From: a virus
Length of the DNA stretch: 64,000 bases
Virus record (IMG/VR): IMGVR_UViG_3300017782_000001
Direction: 5' to 3' (one strand)
In this document: positions 8,857-19,225 of the stretch, piece by piece
Layout: the number at the start of each line of letters is the position of its first letter
Position numbering within the stretch: position 1 is the first letter of the stretch
Program-made: the position numbers and the translations under genes
Notes under the pieces: generated by a model
Told to the model about the DNA's origin: nothing
The model's database searches: none
What the model saw: the letters and a program-made list of their open reading frames with translations, nothing else

Positions 8857-9531
8857 TTAAACTCCGAACGTTGAAGATTTTTCCATAGCAATCCAATATT
8901 GAACTGCAGTACTTTTGTTAACAAAGTTTGAGATTAGTTTAGATGAAATACTTACATCATAATCTCCATCAACAATTTTTAGATTGCTAATGTTGAGTAC
9001 AAAATTAAATTTTGCCTCAGAGTATTCTCCATCAACCATGATAGAGAAAGTATTCGATGTAGTATTCTGTGGATCTACAATCGAAAGTTCTAGTGCACCA
9101 TCACTTGGTGTAATCGATACATTAGTATGACCAAGTGCAGATGATGCGCGCTTTAGGCGAGATAGTGTTTCACTATCCAGCGTAAACTTTACATCCGTTG
9201 AAGGCATAGTGATTGCTTTACTAGGTGCTGTCAACATTTCTGTATCGCTAAAGAAATATTTACTCTTGGATCTACCTGAGCTATCACTAATGATAACATA
9301 GTTTTCATCAAACTTTAAGGTAGGATTATCAACAAGACTAACAACACTTAAAAATTCATTTAGATCGTAAATGCCAAACCCAACTGGAAATGATTCTTCC
9401 AGCGTTGCTTCAGCAAGTACATTTTTTGCTTCGGTAATAGTTTTAACAACATTACCGGGTTCTACAATTAGATTAAGATTAATCGTAGAAAAGTTTTTCA
9501 ATACCTGAAGAGTAGATTCTTTCAGTTCCAT
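8857..9531 (-). CDS. gp45: sliding clamp
   Basis: LKNFSTIN, FGIYDLNEFL, YWIAME. Confidence 0.96.
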   Translation of the reverse strand: MELKESTLQVLKNFSTINLNLIVEPGNVVKTITEAKNVLAEATLEESFPVGFGIYDLNEFLSVVSLVDNPTLKFDENYVIISDSSGRSKSKYFFSDTEMLTAPSKAITMPSTDVKFTLDSETLSRLKRASSALGHTNVSITPSDGALELSIVDPQNTTSNTFSIMVDGEYSEAKFNFVLNISNLKIVDGDYDVSISSKLISNFVNKSTAVQYWIAMEKSSTFGV

Positions 9532-9563
9532 AACAAAGCTCCATTGTTTATTCTATAAGTATT

Positions 9564-9592
9564 ATTATACCATAGTTTTGGCGGTATGTACA
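9564..9592 (-). promoter_or_regulatory. early promoter TGTACA-N17-TATAAT for gp45 operon
   Basis: exact spacing, TGG before -10. Confidence 0.8.
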
Positions 9593-9595
9593 CCA

Positions 9596-11308
9596 TTAAG
9601 TTTTAATTTTTGAAAAATTTCTATCTTTAACAAACTCAAGTTTCTCTTGAAATTTTCCATCCAGTATTTCACCTTTATGAGATATAACAAAGGTGTTTGT
9701 ATCATCCTCTAAAGAATATAAGATCTTCATCAGGTTATCTACTCCATCATGATCAAGTGACGAATCAAATGTTTCATCAAGGATAAGAAGATTTGTGGCT
9801 ACACTATTTTTCATTTTAGCAACTTGCCGCCACGTAAACAAGAGTGCTAAATCAATTCTTTGCTTTTCGCCTTCAGAAAAAGAAGCATAGGTAAAAGCAT
9901 CGCGATGTCTTGATCTAAGTGTTTCTTGAAATGATTCATCCAAATTAAAGTGGATAAAGAAATCTAAAGTCTGCAGGTAATTGTTAACTAGCTGGTTTAT
10001 AGCTGGGAGATATTGTTTAATGATTTTAGTTTTAATACCAGTATCTTTTAGCATTTCAAGAATCACTTGATTATATTGTTGCTTTTCATTCAAAGCAAAT
10101 TTTGTTTCCATAAAAGAATTACGAGTTTGTTCTAAATTCTTTAATTCTTTATGTGCATCATTTAGATCAGCTACTGCACTAGTTTCTAGCTCTCCTTTTA
10201 TAGAATCTATTTGAACACGAAGTGAACTAATTTGTCTACTGTTAGAATGAATAATTTGTTGCTTTTCTCTAATGTCTGTTAAATCTGCAGTAACTTGCTC
10301 AATACTTTGTTCTACCGCAGTTGACTCTAGAGATGCACTGTCCATTGCACTTTTAAGTTCTTTTGCTTTAGCCTTAGCTGAAGATAGCTTTTCATTTCTA
10401 AGAATTTCATCAATGTCCTGAGAACATGTAGGACATGATTCATTGTCTTCATAAAACTTAGCTTCCTTTGTAATATTATTCATTTGGCTTCTAAAGGTAG
10501 AATTATATTGTAAAAGACTTTGCTTTTTATCATGCAGCTCATTTAGTCTTGATTCGATTGGTCCTTGCTTTGAATCAATTTCTGCGGCAAGACTAGTGTT
10601 TTCTTTTTCAAGCGATTCGATCTCGGTATTATGTTCCGAGATTTTAGCTTCCTTTGATGCCAGATTTTGCTCCGTGAGTATTTTAACATCTTTAATATAC
10701 TTCTTTTGTGTATCTATTCGATTATTATTTATGTCAAGTTCATACTGGTTTGTACGAAGACTTTCTTTTATAATAGAATATTGTTCTTTACAAAGCTGAT
10801 TCATTCTAGAAAACACATTAATGTCTAATAGATCTTCAATTACTTCTCGACGATGGCCACCTGGCAATTGCATAAAGGGAATAAAACTACCACTACCAAG
10901 GACAACAATTTGATGAAAAGATTTATGATTTAGTTTAAGAATATTTTGTTCAAGAATTTTTTGATATTCTTTGGCATGTGATGATTGATTAATCATTGTG
11001 CCGTTTTTCCATATTTCAAAGATGGACGGCTTTATTCCTCGAACAATCTTATATTTGTTTTTTCCACTAGAAAATTCTACTTCAACCAAACAGTTTTTAT
11101 TATTAACTGAATTAAGAAGTTGTGGCTTTGTAATAGATCTATGTGGTTTACCAAATAAACCAAACGATATCGCATCAAGCATTGTTGATTTACCCGCACC
11201 GTTATGTCCTACGATGAGAGTTGATTTCGTTTTATTTAACTGGATTTCTGTCGTGTTATTACCCGTGGAAAGAAAGTTTTTCCACCGTACGATTTCAAAC
11301 ATAATCAT
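9596..11308 (-). CDS. gp46: recombination nuclease ATPase subunit (Rad50/SbcC-like)
   Basis: NGAGKST, CPTC zinc hook, FSEGEK, LDE, ISH. Confidence 0.97.
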   Translation of the reverse strand: MIMFEIVRWKNFLSTGNNTTEIQLNKTKSTLIVGHNGAGKSTMLDAISFGLFGKPHRSITKPQLLNSVNNKNCLVEVEFSSGKNKYKIVRGIKPSIFEIWKNGTMINQSSHAKEYQKILEQNILKLNHKSFHQIVVLGSGSFIPFMQLPGGHRREVIEDLLDINVFSRMNQLCKEQYSIIKESLRTNQYELDINNNRIDTQKKYIKDVKILTEQNLASKEAKISEHNTEIESLEKENTSLAAEIDSKQGPIESRLNELHDKKQSLLQYNSTFRSQMNNITKEAKFYEDNESCPTCSQDIDEILRNEKLSSAKAKAKELKSAMDSASLESTAVEQSIEQVTADLTDIREKQQIIHSNSRQISSLRVQIDSIKGELETSAVADLNDAHKELKNLEQTRNSFMETKFALNEKQQYNQVILEMLKDTGIKTKIIKQYLPAINQLVNNYLQTLDFFIHFNLDESFQETLRSRHRDAFTYASFSEGEKQRIDLALLFTWRQVAKMKNSVATNLLILDETFDSSLDHDGVDNLMKILYSLEDDTNTFVISHKGEILDGKFQEKLEFVKDRNFSKIKT

Positions 11309-12366
11309 TGGATTTCGAGAGCCTGTGCTTCTTTCATTAATTCATGCATTTTCATCTTTATCACGTCTTTCTCTAAGTCAGTATCAACATTATCAATATA
11401 TGCATTAAGAAGTACTGAGGTATCTTCAATTGATACTTCAGTATCTTCTACGTTTTCACCCATAAACTCTTGGAAATTTTCTTGTATTTTTAGATCATGT
11501 ATATTTAGGTTTTGAATTCTATCAACAAACCTATCAAAGGTAAACAGATCAGTTTTGTTTTTTACAACAATTTTTACAAACTTATTTTTTAGATAGGTTG
11601 TATCAAATTCATTGTAGTCTTTATTAGTATCATCATAGATTATTTTTTCAAATGATGTGACAGGATTTCTTACACTAGTTAATGCACGAGTTTCTGTATC
11701 TAACACATGAAAGTATTTAGGATCATGAGCATCAGACCAAAAAAATTCCATTTGAGAACCAAGATAATGTATGTTATCTTGACTTGATTTTACATGAAAG
11801 TGACCTGATAAAACCATTTCAAATCTTTTGAAAATATCTCTGGATAATCCTCCATCATGCCTATGACCACGCATTACTTCAAATCCTGATAACTCTAAAT
11901 GAGCACCAATAATATCAGCCTGACACGTTTCAATAAATTTCATAGACTTATCATAATTGTCTTGGCATATCCAAGGGATAAGACCCATTTTTAATCCATC
12001 GTAATCCATGACAGTTGGTTCCATAACAATATGAACTTCATTCATATAATGGCCAAGCAATTCTTTTAGAGAATTTAGATCATTAGTATTTTTGTAAAAG
12101 GTATCGTGATTGCCAGGGATGATGTCCATAGTAACACCGTACTCTCGCAACCTATTCAAAAATACATTTCGATTTGAGTTAAGACATTTGAAATTAACAT
12201 ATTTACGATGATCATAATAATCACCTAAGTGTACAATATGTTTAATATCATTTTCAATCATGTGTGGCCAAAAGATATTATTATAAAAATCTTCTTGGTG
12301 CTTCATAAAAACTTCTGATGAGTTTCTTATGCCACAATGTGTATCATTAAGTATAGCTATTTTCAA
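11305..12366 (-). CDS. gp47: recombination nuclease subunit (Mre11/SbcD-like)
   Basis: DTH, GD, GNHD, GHFH. Confidence 0.97.
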   Translation of the reverse strand: MKIAILNDTHCGIRNSSEVFMKHQEDFYNNIFWPHMIENDIKHIVHLGDYYDHRKYVNFKCLNSNRNVFLNRLREYGVTMDIIPGNHDTFYKNTNDLNSLKELLGHYMNEVHIVMEPTVMDYDGLKMGLIPWICQDNYDKSMKFIETCQADIIGAHLELSGFEVMRGHRHDGGLSRDIFKRFEMVLSGHFHVKSSQDNIHYLGSQMEFFWSDAHDPKYFHVLDTETRALTSVRNPVTSFEKIIYDDTNKDYNEFDTTYLKNKFVKIVVKNKTDLFTFDRFVDRIQNLNIHDLKIQENFQEFMGENVEDTEVSIEDTSVLLNAYIDNVDTDLEKDVIKMKMHELMKEAQALEIQ

Positions 12367-12950
12367 GTCATAAAATCCTGTAAGTCTGAATCAGTGGCTT
12401 TCTTTTTCTTTGTTTTTTTAGCATATTCTTTAACAGTAGTATCTTGTGTTTTTACACGATCAATACGTCCTTTTAGAACATCTACAAAGTGTTGCTGAAC
12501 TAATCCTGCTTGAGCATTATCACCTTCAACAGTCATAAACTCTTCAATGCCTGATTGTGATAGATACTTGAATTTAATATCTTGTTGTTTCTTTTCTTTT
12601 GCAATTCGCCTAAGAAAAGCGTACCACGAAATTTGTGTAAAGTAAGCAAACGCGTTTGGTTTACCTGTCCGTGTTGCAGCTTCAATATTATAATTTTCAA
12701 TCGCTTTTAAGCAGTTTTCTACAGCGTCCATTACCATCTCTTCGCGATATGTATAGCGAATAAAGTTTGACTTGTGTGACAAGCCTTCAGCAATTCTTAG
12801 AAAACAGGATGCGATATAATCTGTGACAACAGGAAGAGGTTTACCAGTATCTTTGGCTTCTCTAACTGTCATGACATAAGCTACCACGGACTGGGAAAAT
12901 TCTGCGTTATTCACATAATGTGGTTTTTGTCTGGCTGCGACTTTCACCAA
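12363..12950 (-). CDS. gp55: late-transcription sigma factor
   Basis: HYVNN, IAEGLS, YTYREEM, NAFAYFTQ, AFLRRIAKEKKQ. Confidence 0.96.
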   Translation of the reverse strand: MVKVAARQKPHYVNNAEFSQSVVAYVMTVREAKDTGKPLPVVTDYIASCFLRIAEGLSHKSNFIRYTYREEMVMDAVENCLKAIENYNIEAATRTGKPNAFAYFTQISWYAFLRRIAKEKKQQDIKFKYLSQSGIEEFMTVEGDNAQAGLVQQHFVDVLKGRIDRVKTQDTTVKEYAKKTKKKKATDSDLQDFMT

Positions 12951-12991
12951 GTCCTCCTAAGGTTATCTTTCTGTTATTAAATTCTAGATAT

Positions 12992-13020
12992 ATTATACAA
13001 CAGATCGTAGGAAAAGTACA
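12992..13020 (-). promoter_or_regulatory. early promoter TGTACT-N17-TATAAT for gp55, A-tract upstream
   Basis: exact spacing. Confidence 0.78.
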
Positions 13021-13053
13021 ATACTTTTTTTTTATTTTTTTGCATTTTAGGGG

Positions 13054-13082
13054 TGTACACGAGCCTAAAACTATGGTATAAT
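13054..13082 (+). promoter_or_regulatory. divergent promoter TGTACA-N17-TATAAT with no credible downstream gene
   Basis: matches the promoter family exactly. Confidence 0.7.
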
Positions 13083-13117
13083 TAAAGAGTAGTGTTGAGG
13101 ATAGGGATATACCGAAA

Positions 13118-13603
13118 TCAGTGTATGTTATCTGATCCAGGAAATTTAATAATATTCTCAAACTTTATTTCACTATCTGAATCTTCCCAATCAGTTTCTA
13201 GTTCCATTTTTAGATCTCTCATCTTAGAGAAGTATTCTTCCATGGCTTTTCTAGTTTCATCTATAGAAAGAAGTTTATTGTCTTGTGCGTCTGAATTAAG
13301 ATCTTCTACAGCTTTGCCGTATTCCTCAATAAGAGCACGTGTAGGAGTACATTCACCTACAATATGACCAGGGTTTAGGATTTGTACATGTTGTCCGTCA
13401 CCTTGGTATAACATAAAAGGTCTAAAGGCGTAATACCTTTGTCCTGATGTTGGATTTTCTACGTTAATTAATTTAAGAGTATTTCTAACAAGAATACTTT
13501 CTTCATCACTTTCTCCAAAATCTAGTACTTCACAAACTATTTCTTCTGAATTAGAAAGCTTAAATTGCCGTAGACTAATTTCTGTTACTGATTGGTTGTT
13601 CAT
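13118..13603 (-). CDS. hypothetical protein between uvsW and gp55
   Basis: 161 aa; N-terminal FKLSNSEEIVC beta-rich domain; ends NIIKFP. Confidence 0.85.
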   Translation of the reverse strand: MNNQSVTEISLRQFKLSNSEEIVCEVLDFGESDEESILVRNTLKLINVENPTSGQRYYAFRPFMLYQGDGQHVQILNPGHIVGECTPTRALIEEYGKAVEDLNSDAQDNKLLSIDETRKAMEEYFSKMRDLKMELETDWEDSDSEIKFENIIKFPGSDNIH

Positions 13604-13607
13604 GATT

Positions 13608-13615
13608 TATTTATA
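13608..13615 (-). promoter_or_regulatory. late promoter TATAAATA
   Basis: overlaps uvsW stop, 4 nt before ATG 13603. Confidence 0.65.
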
Positions 13616-15098
13616 TTCCTATTTCAACTACTTTGTAGTCGAATCTTTCTTTGCTGTAGATTTTGACTCGCTCTTCGCCGTGCGAGAGGGTGTAATTCTT
13701 TTTTGATTTCCACTGGAAGTTGTCTGTAATGTCGAAAAGTGATGTATCTCGTCCGTCATCAGACTTCCGTAACCCACGTCCAATACTTTGGAGAACTTTA
13801 ATTTGAGACTTAGATGGTGAAGCAAAAATAATATTATGGAGATTTCTGATATTAATGCCAGTACTAAAAGTACCAAGACTTGCCACGATAATTGCATCTT
13901 TTTGTTTCTCCGTTATTCTACGAATTGCTTCTCTATCCGAAGTATCAGTTTCTCCTGACACAAAAAATACTTTACGACCTTCATCTGCTTTACTATTTAT
14001 TAACTCATATAAAGGCTTTCCATGCTTTTCTACATATTGAAATAACACAAGGGTATTACCGCTTTGATCACATGCAAGATTACGAATAAACTTATTTCTT
14101 TTTTCATATCCTACTATAAAATCTATTTCGTCTTGATATTTTCTACTAGATACGTCTTTTCTAATTTCGTCAGGATATGTAAGCTTAATACATGTAATGT
14201 TAAGTTTAGCAAGAGTGTCGTTATCTTGAAGATCTCTAGTAGTAGTTACATTAAAGACTCTTCCAAACAATCCTTCCAAAACAAGCTTATGAGTTTGAGT
14301 ACCGTCAAGAGTTCCTGTTGTACCAATTCTATATATGGTTTTTTCAGCTTTGTTCATGATACCAGTTAAAGATTTAGATTTGAATCCATGTACTTCATCT
14401 CCAAAAATTCCTACAAATTGATTATACCAGGTTTTTGGTAATTTGTAAACAGACTGCCACGTGCTTATAACAACTCTTTCCGATAAATTTGTTTTTGGTT
14501 TACCAGAATATATTTTATGAATTTCACTACTAGCATCAAATGAGTGATCACCTTCAGCGTACTCTACAAAATCACCTGCCATTTGTTCTACCAAAGAAGT
14601 AGTAGGTACAATAATTAATACTTTGCTGTCAGTATTTTCAAGTAAGTATCTCATTAATGTATAAATGATAAGAGACTTTCCTGATCCAGTAGGAGATAGC
14701 GCAATAACTCGTCTTACAGTAAGAGCTTTTTTTACAGCAGCGAATTGGTAATCTCTTATATCAAAAGGAAGAAATAGAGAATCTATAAATTTATTAAGTT
14801 CATCTTCAGTAACTTTTTCTATATGTGTCAACTCAGGATCACAAGTTAATTTATAACCGCGTGATGAGCAAAAATTCATAACGTAAGTTAATAGACCAAT
14901 TGGTAACTCACGTGTTTGCATATTCATAAGACGAATTTTTCCATCCCATACTTTATTTCTATAAGCAGGCATGAACTTATAACCTGGAACATAAAAGCTA
15001 AAAAACTCTACGAGTTCTCGTGCTATTCCAGAATCTGACTCAATTAGCATCGAGCTTTCATTTTGTTTTATTAAATTAACATCAGACACCGGCTTCAA
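13611..15098 (-). CDS. uvsW: SF2 RNA-DNA/DNA helicase
   Basis: WDGKIRL, PTGSGKS, DEVH, QSIGRGLR. Confidence 0.97.
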   Translation of the reverse strand: MKPVSDVNLIKQNESSMLIESDSGIARELVEFFSFYVPGYKFMPAYRNKVWDGKIRLMNMQTRELPIGLLTYVMNFCSSRGYKLTCDPELTHIEKVTEDELNKFIDSLFLPFDIRDYQFAAVKKALTVRRVIALSPTGSGKSLIIYTLMRYLLENTDSKVLIIVPTTSLVEQMAGDFVEYAEGDHSFDASSEIHKIYSGKPKTNLSERVVISTWQSVYKLPKTWYNQFVGIFGDEVHGFKSKSLTGIMNKAEKTIYRIGTTGTLDGTQTHKLVLEGLFGRVFNVTTTRDLQDNDTLAKLNITCIKLTYPDEIRKDVSSRKYQDEIDFIVGYEKRNKFIRNLACDQSGNTLVLFQYVEKHGKPLYELINSKADEGRKVFFVSGETDTSDREAIRRITEKQKDAIIVASLGTFSTGINIRNLHNIIFASPSKSQIKVLQSIGRGLRKSDDGRDTSLFDITDNFQWKSKKNYTLSHGEERVKIYSKERFDYKVVEIGI

Positions 15099-15525
15099 AT
15101 TGTCTCCACTTGATCATATTGCCTATTGTTTGGTGTCTCCATTTAATGTTCTCTACAATTTCATGTAAGGTTTCAATAACAGTTTTCCAATACTCTTCTA
15201 ACTGTTCACTTTCCTGTATCTCAGGATCTGAATCATAATAGTAATCCATTTCACCTTTAAGAATTTTCAAACCATTAAAAGGATCTGGCTTCCAACCTTT
15301 TTCTTTCAAAGTTTCTTCATCCATCTTTCCATTATAATATAGCCATTTTTCTTTTAATAAGATTTTCTGCTTAGACCTAACTCTTTTAAGTCTAAGTTTT
15401 GACTGCGATAACATGTCTAAATATTTAGCATGAAGCTTAGGTGTTTCTTCAGAGGCTTTGTCTAGGTAAGCGCCGATTTGACAATCTGTACGCCATTCAT
15501 CTAAAATCTTTTCAAGTTCTATCAT
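15082..15525 (-). CDS. uvsY: recombination mediator
   Basis: PKLHAKYL, KWLYYNGK, IKWRQFEAG; adjacent to uvsW. Confidence 0.9.
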   Translation of the reverse strand: MIELEKILDEWRTDCQIGAYLDKASEETPKLHAKYLDMLSQSKLRLKRVRSKQKILLKEKWLYYNGKMDEETLKEKGWKPDPFNGLKILKGEMDYYYDSDPEIQESEQLEEYWKTVIETLHEIVENIKWRHQTIGNMIKWRQFEAGV

Positions 15526-15540
15526 TATATACTCACACTA

Positions 15541-16080
15541 TTAAATTAAATCAAAATAACTAAATCTGAAGTTTGCTGGAAATACTATATATTGTACATC
15601 TCCAGCTGCAGCTTCAAACGCAACGTCTCCTAATGAAGTTGGTATTGCATCTCTATATACTATTTGTTTTGTTACATTATTATGACTACTCATAATTGAA
15701 ACTGTTATATCTGCACTGGAAGGTCCAGCGCCATCAACGACTTGTGTTGGGCTAGCATCTTCTTTTTCTACAAACGATTTGAGCCAACCAAACAATTCTG
15801 TATATGCTGTCATGTCTTCATCTAAAATAACCATCATACTTACTTCGCCAAATTCTAAAGAATCTGCTGTCATAGGTATACCTGCGCTTAGACGAGGTAC
15901 CATTAATGATGGACCAACAGCATTCATTGCTGGATGCATTACACTTTGAGCAAAAAACTGTAAGTTAGGAAAATACTTCCTATTAATTGAAACTCTAAAC
16001 CCGTTTGGTTGTAGATAATTCGTGTTGCTTGTTAGCGTCGAAGTATCAACACCTGTGGTAATTGTTCTAGTAGTTGCCAT
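15541..16080 (-). CDS. gp3: tail completion / tube terminator protein
   Basis: NYLQPNGF, LDEDM..Y.EL..W, F.FSYF; synteny. Confidence 0.88.
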   Translation of the reverse strand: MATTRTITTGVDTSTLTSNTNYLQPNGFRVSINRKYFPNLQFFAQSVMHPAMNAVGPSLMVPRLSAGIPMTADSLEFGEVSMMVILDEDMTAYTELFGWLKSFVEKEDASPTQVVDGAGPSSADITVSIMSSHNNVTKQIVYRDAIPTSLGDVAFEAAAGDVQYIVFPANFRFSYFDLI

Positions 16081-16101
16081 AATTCACACCTCTGTTTACT
16101 T

Positions 16102-16109
16102 TATTTATA
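16102..16109 (-). promoter_or_regulatory. late promoter TATAAATA
   Basis: exact consensus before gp3. Confidence 0.8.
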
Positions 16110-16112
16110 CAC

Positions 16113-16141
16113 AAAAAAAGGGGCCCTCCGAAGAGGACCCC
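16113..16141 (-). terminator. rho-independent terminator after gp23
   Basis: GGGGTCCTC-TTCG-GAGGGCCCC followed by T7. Confidence 0.92.
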
Positions 16142-16164
16142 AGTGCGTTTTTGACGTTTCTTAT

Positions 16165-17493
16165 CTATGCAAGAATGTTGTCAACTCTAAAGATACGGAA
16201 GTACTGGTTAGACTTCACTGTACCCAGACCGTTGTTAGCGATAGCACCCGGAGTAAATGGGTTACCTGCCATGCCGTAACGTGTCTTAAAGCCAATCTTT
16301 GGCTGGAATGTATCTTCACCAACCGCTCTCACCATTGTTAGCGGAACGTATGGACAGTAGAAGATACCTGCGTCATATGGGTTAGTACCCTTATAACCAA
16401 CAGTAACGTAGTCAGCAGTTGCATATGGGTCAATGTAGACCTTTGTGCGACCGTTAAGAACACCGGCAAATGTATTACCTGTGTCATCTACCTGCAAGTT
16501 AACTGACAATGCAGGAGTGTAATCCAGCATGCCTGAAGCAGCTAGAGCAGAAGCTACGTCTGAAGATGTGATAAGGAAGTTACCACGGCCTCTACGTGTT
16601 TCTTTAGCAATCGTGTTTGCTTCTCTTTCGATCTGTACAATCAGACCTTTGAACTTCTCAACTGACCAACGGCCGTCTGCATCTGTTGACAAGTCAAAGA
16701 TACCATTAACCGCAGTGTTGCCAGTAGCAGCACCAGTTTTTGCCTGAGAGTTAATGGTTCTGATAACCTCACGGTTAATTTCAGCCATGATCTCAGCAGA
16801 CAAGATGTTTGCTAGTTCTGTTTCAGCATCCAAGCCATGAATAGCTTTAAGATCCTGAGCAAGTTCCAGTGAGTATTCAGCTTTCAAAGCACGTGACTTA
16901 GCTGTCACAGTTTGCTTTTCAATGGTGAAACCCATCTGAGCGAAAGAGTTGCTGGCAGAATCGCCAAGTGCTTCAGCAGAGTCTGTTGCCATACCCTGTG
17001 TAGCAAGTGCAGTTGCACGATCGTCATCAGCAGATGAGTCAGAATCAGTTGCAGAACCGAGACCGGATCCGTCTGATGGCTGAGCCGCACCGGTTTGTGT
17101 ACCGGAGAAGCGAGTATCTGCTTCGTTAAACAATGCTTCTGTTGAGCCAGTTGTACCGGCACCATAGCGTGACTTCATTGCGAAGATCAAGCCAGTTGGA
17201 CCTGACATTGGCTGAACACCAGCAACATCATAGGCCATAAGGTTAGGCATCGCACGTCTTACAAGTGAGATCAACACTGGATCCCATGTGCCGATAGAAG
17301 CAGTGTTTGCACCAGCAGGTGAAGCTTCATAAAGGCCGTGTTGTTGTGCGCGCTCTTCACGGAGAGCGATTTCTTGGTTTTCCAGAATTGCTGCTGTTAC
17401 AGCTTTTCTGTGGTTATCTTTAATGGCACCAGCTGATTCTTCATTCAGTACTGGGGCCCACTTTTCGATCAAGTTATTATATGTATTCTGCAT
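16165..17493 (-). CDS. gp23: major capsid protein
   Basis: GVQPMSGPTGLIFA, SRALKAEYSLELAQDLKAIHGLDAE, QPKIGFKTRYG. Confidence 0.99.
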   Translation of the reverse strand: MQNTYNNLIEKWAPVLNEESAGAIKDNHRKAVTAAILENQEIALREERAQQHGLYEASPAGANTASIGTWDPVLISLVRRAMPNLMAYDVAGVQPMSGPTGLIFAMKSRYGAGTTGSTEALFNEADTRFSGTQTGAAQPSDGSGLGSATDSDSSADDDRATALATQGMATDSAEALGDSASNSFAQMGFTIEKQTVTAKSRALKAEYSLELAQDLKAIHGLDAETELANILSAEIMAEINREVIRTINSQAKTGAATGNTAVNGIFDLSTDADGRWSVEKFKGLIVQIEREANTIAKETRRGRGNFLITSSDVASALAASGMLDYTPALSVNLQVDDTGNTFAGVLNGRTKVYIDPYATADYVTVGYKGTNPYDAGIFYCPYVPLTMVRAVGEDTFQPKIGFKTRYGMAGNPFTPGAIANNGLGTVKSNQYFRIFRVDNILA

Positions 17494-17504
17494 CTCGGAC
17501 TCCC

Positions 17505-18551
17505 TTATATCGCAGATTTACGGATTGCTTGGAGATACTGGCCCATTGCGCTAGAAGTTTCAACAGTTTGATCTGCGTCATCTTCTTCATCAACAGTAGT
17601 TTCTGTAACAATCTTTTTATCACCAAAGTATGTTTCTTTGATAGTTGCAACCTTTGTAGTAAATGTTGCCTCATCTTCAAAGTCAATATCTTCAGCCAGT
17701 TTGTGTAGCTTCTCAACTTGAGTTTCTGCAAGACCACGAGCCGCTTCGCGGATAATAGTATTGCGCTTGTAAACTTCAAGCTCTTCAGCCAAAGTGATAG
17801 CGTCAGCAGTTGTTGAGTTAAGTCTTTCTTCCAACTCAGCAATGTTTTCTGCTTGTTCGTCAACTAGGTCAACCTTAGACTCAGGAACTTCAACGTAAGA
17901 CTCAGTGAATAGATCTTTCAAGCTATTCATAAAGTTCTCAGCAATTTCTGTTCTGAGGCCAGCTTGGATAGCAACTCTATTTTCTTCCATCCAATTCTCG
18001 ACCACGTAGTTCAGGTAGCTGTCAACCTTCTCAACCATCTCACCTTTTTGGGTTTCGATTTCTTCATTGAGTTCAGTTGTGTACTGCTCTTCGAGACGAT
18101 TAATCTCTTCAGACAGTTTTGTTTTTACAGCAGCTTCAAAAATTACAGCTGTTTTAGCCTTAAACTCATCAGAGAGAGTGGCTTCAGACTCGATCAGTGC
18201 ATCTAGTTCACCATCAAAATTGACAGCAACATCATTCATCTCTGGTTCAACAGATTCTTTCTGTTCCTTGTCTCCCATATATGATGAGTACATCTTAGAC
18301 ATTTCCTGCTTAGACATACCACTCATTTTTGAGAACATTGCATTGATCATACCAGCTTTTGTTTTTGGCATTGGCTCAGCCGGCGAAGCTTTCCCACCGG
18401 GTTCCTTAGCGGACTTACCAGCGTTTTCTGCTTTTTTGACTGCGTCTACTGCCTGCTTTTCAGCGTTTTTCGGATCGTGCGCTTCGTCCATGATTTCGTT
18501 CTCGTCATCATGGAGTTCTTCAACCTGATCTGTGATTTGATCTTCAGTCAT
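17505..18551 (-). CDS. gp22: prohead core scaffold protein
   Basis: IFEAAV, KVDSYLNYVVENW; synteny. Confidence 0.93.
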   Translation of the reverse strand: MTEDQITDQVEELHDDENEIMDEAHDPKNAEKQAVDAVKKAENAGKSAKEPGGKASPAEPMPKTKAGMINAMFSKMSGMSKQEMSKMYSSYMGDKEQKESVEPEMNDVAVNFDGELDALIESEATLSDEFKAKTAVIFEAAVKTKLSEEINRLEEQYTTELNEEIETQKGEMVEKVDSYLNYVVENWMEENRVAIQAGLRTEIAENFMNSLKDLFTESYVEVPESKVDLVDEQAENIAELEERLNSTTADAITLAEELEVYKRNTIIREAARGLAETQVEKLHKLAEDIDFEDEATFTTKVATIKETYFGDKKIVTETTVDEEDDADQTVETSSAMGQYLQAIRKSAI

Positions 18552-18562
18552 ACTTGACTCCT

Positions 18563-19225
18563 TTACAAATTATTTTTGAGCAACGAGAGGAAATTCTTGA
18601 ACTCACGAGTTTGAACCTCATATAGATCCGAACGCGGAGCTTGTTTAATTTCAGTCTCCATTTTTTCAATTTCTCTTGCTTCAACAATGCCGTTATTCCA
18701 GACCCATTCCACACCTTCCATAATTCCATTAACGAAAGCGCCAGGAGCGGATGGATCTTGTACGATGTCAACCGTATTAAGAAGGTAGTCGTCTTTAACT
18801 ACCATCGCGCCATTTTGTTGCATGAGACTACCCATACCACGAGTTGAGACACCTAGTCTTACTTCACCATCGAGCAAACCTTCAACGATTTTCCCCATAG
18901 GAGTAGGCAAGATAGTTGCCTTTCCGACCACACTATTGCCTTCAAAATGAAGGTCAGTAATGAGATGCGAAACTTTATCCAAGTTAACTGTCGGACCTTG
19001 CGGGTGATTTAACTCACCAACAGATCTTTTAGTTTTTACTTGGTCATTGACGTATTTATTAACAGCTTGTTCCATGACAGCCTTTGGATAAATACGACCA
19101 TTGCGATTCTTTGTGTCTGCTTCTGCGAATACGCCTTCAATGACATACTTTTTTGAGCCATCTTCTTTAGCTTCAACGATACATGCGATATCGTGGCTTT
19201 CTTGGTATTCGCTAATCAGTTTCAT
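18563..19225 (-). CDS. gp21: prohead protease
   Basis: NRNGRIYP, GELNHP, GVSTRGMGS, DPSAPGA. Confidence 0.97.
   Translation of the reverse strand: MKLISEYQESHDIACIVEAKEDGSKKYVIEGVFAEADTKNRNGRIYPKAVMEQAVNKYVNDQVKTKRSVGELNHPQGPTVNLDKVSHLITDLHFEGNSVVGKATILPTPMGKIVEGLLDGEVRLGVSTRGMGSLMQQNGAMVVKDDYLLNTVDIVQDPSAPGAFVNGIMEGVEWVWNNGIVEAREIEKMETEIKQAPRSDLYEVQTREFKNFLSLLKNNL

Noticed and set aside
13092-13367. Plus-strand 91 aa ORF behind the orphan promoter
   Set aside because: TTG start without a spaced SD, almost wholly antisense to a real gene, shadow-like composition
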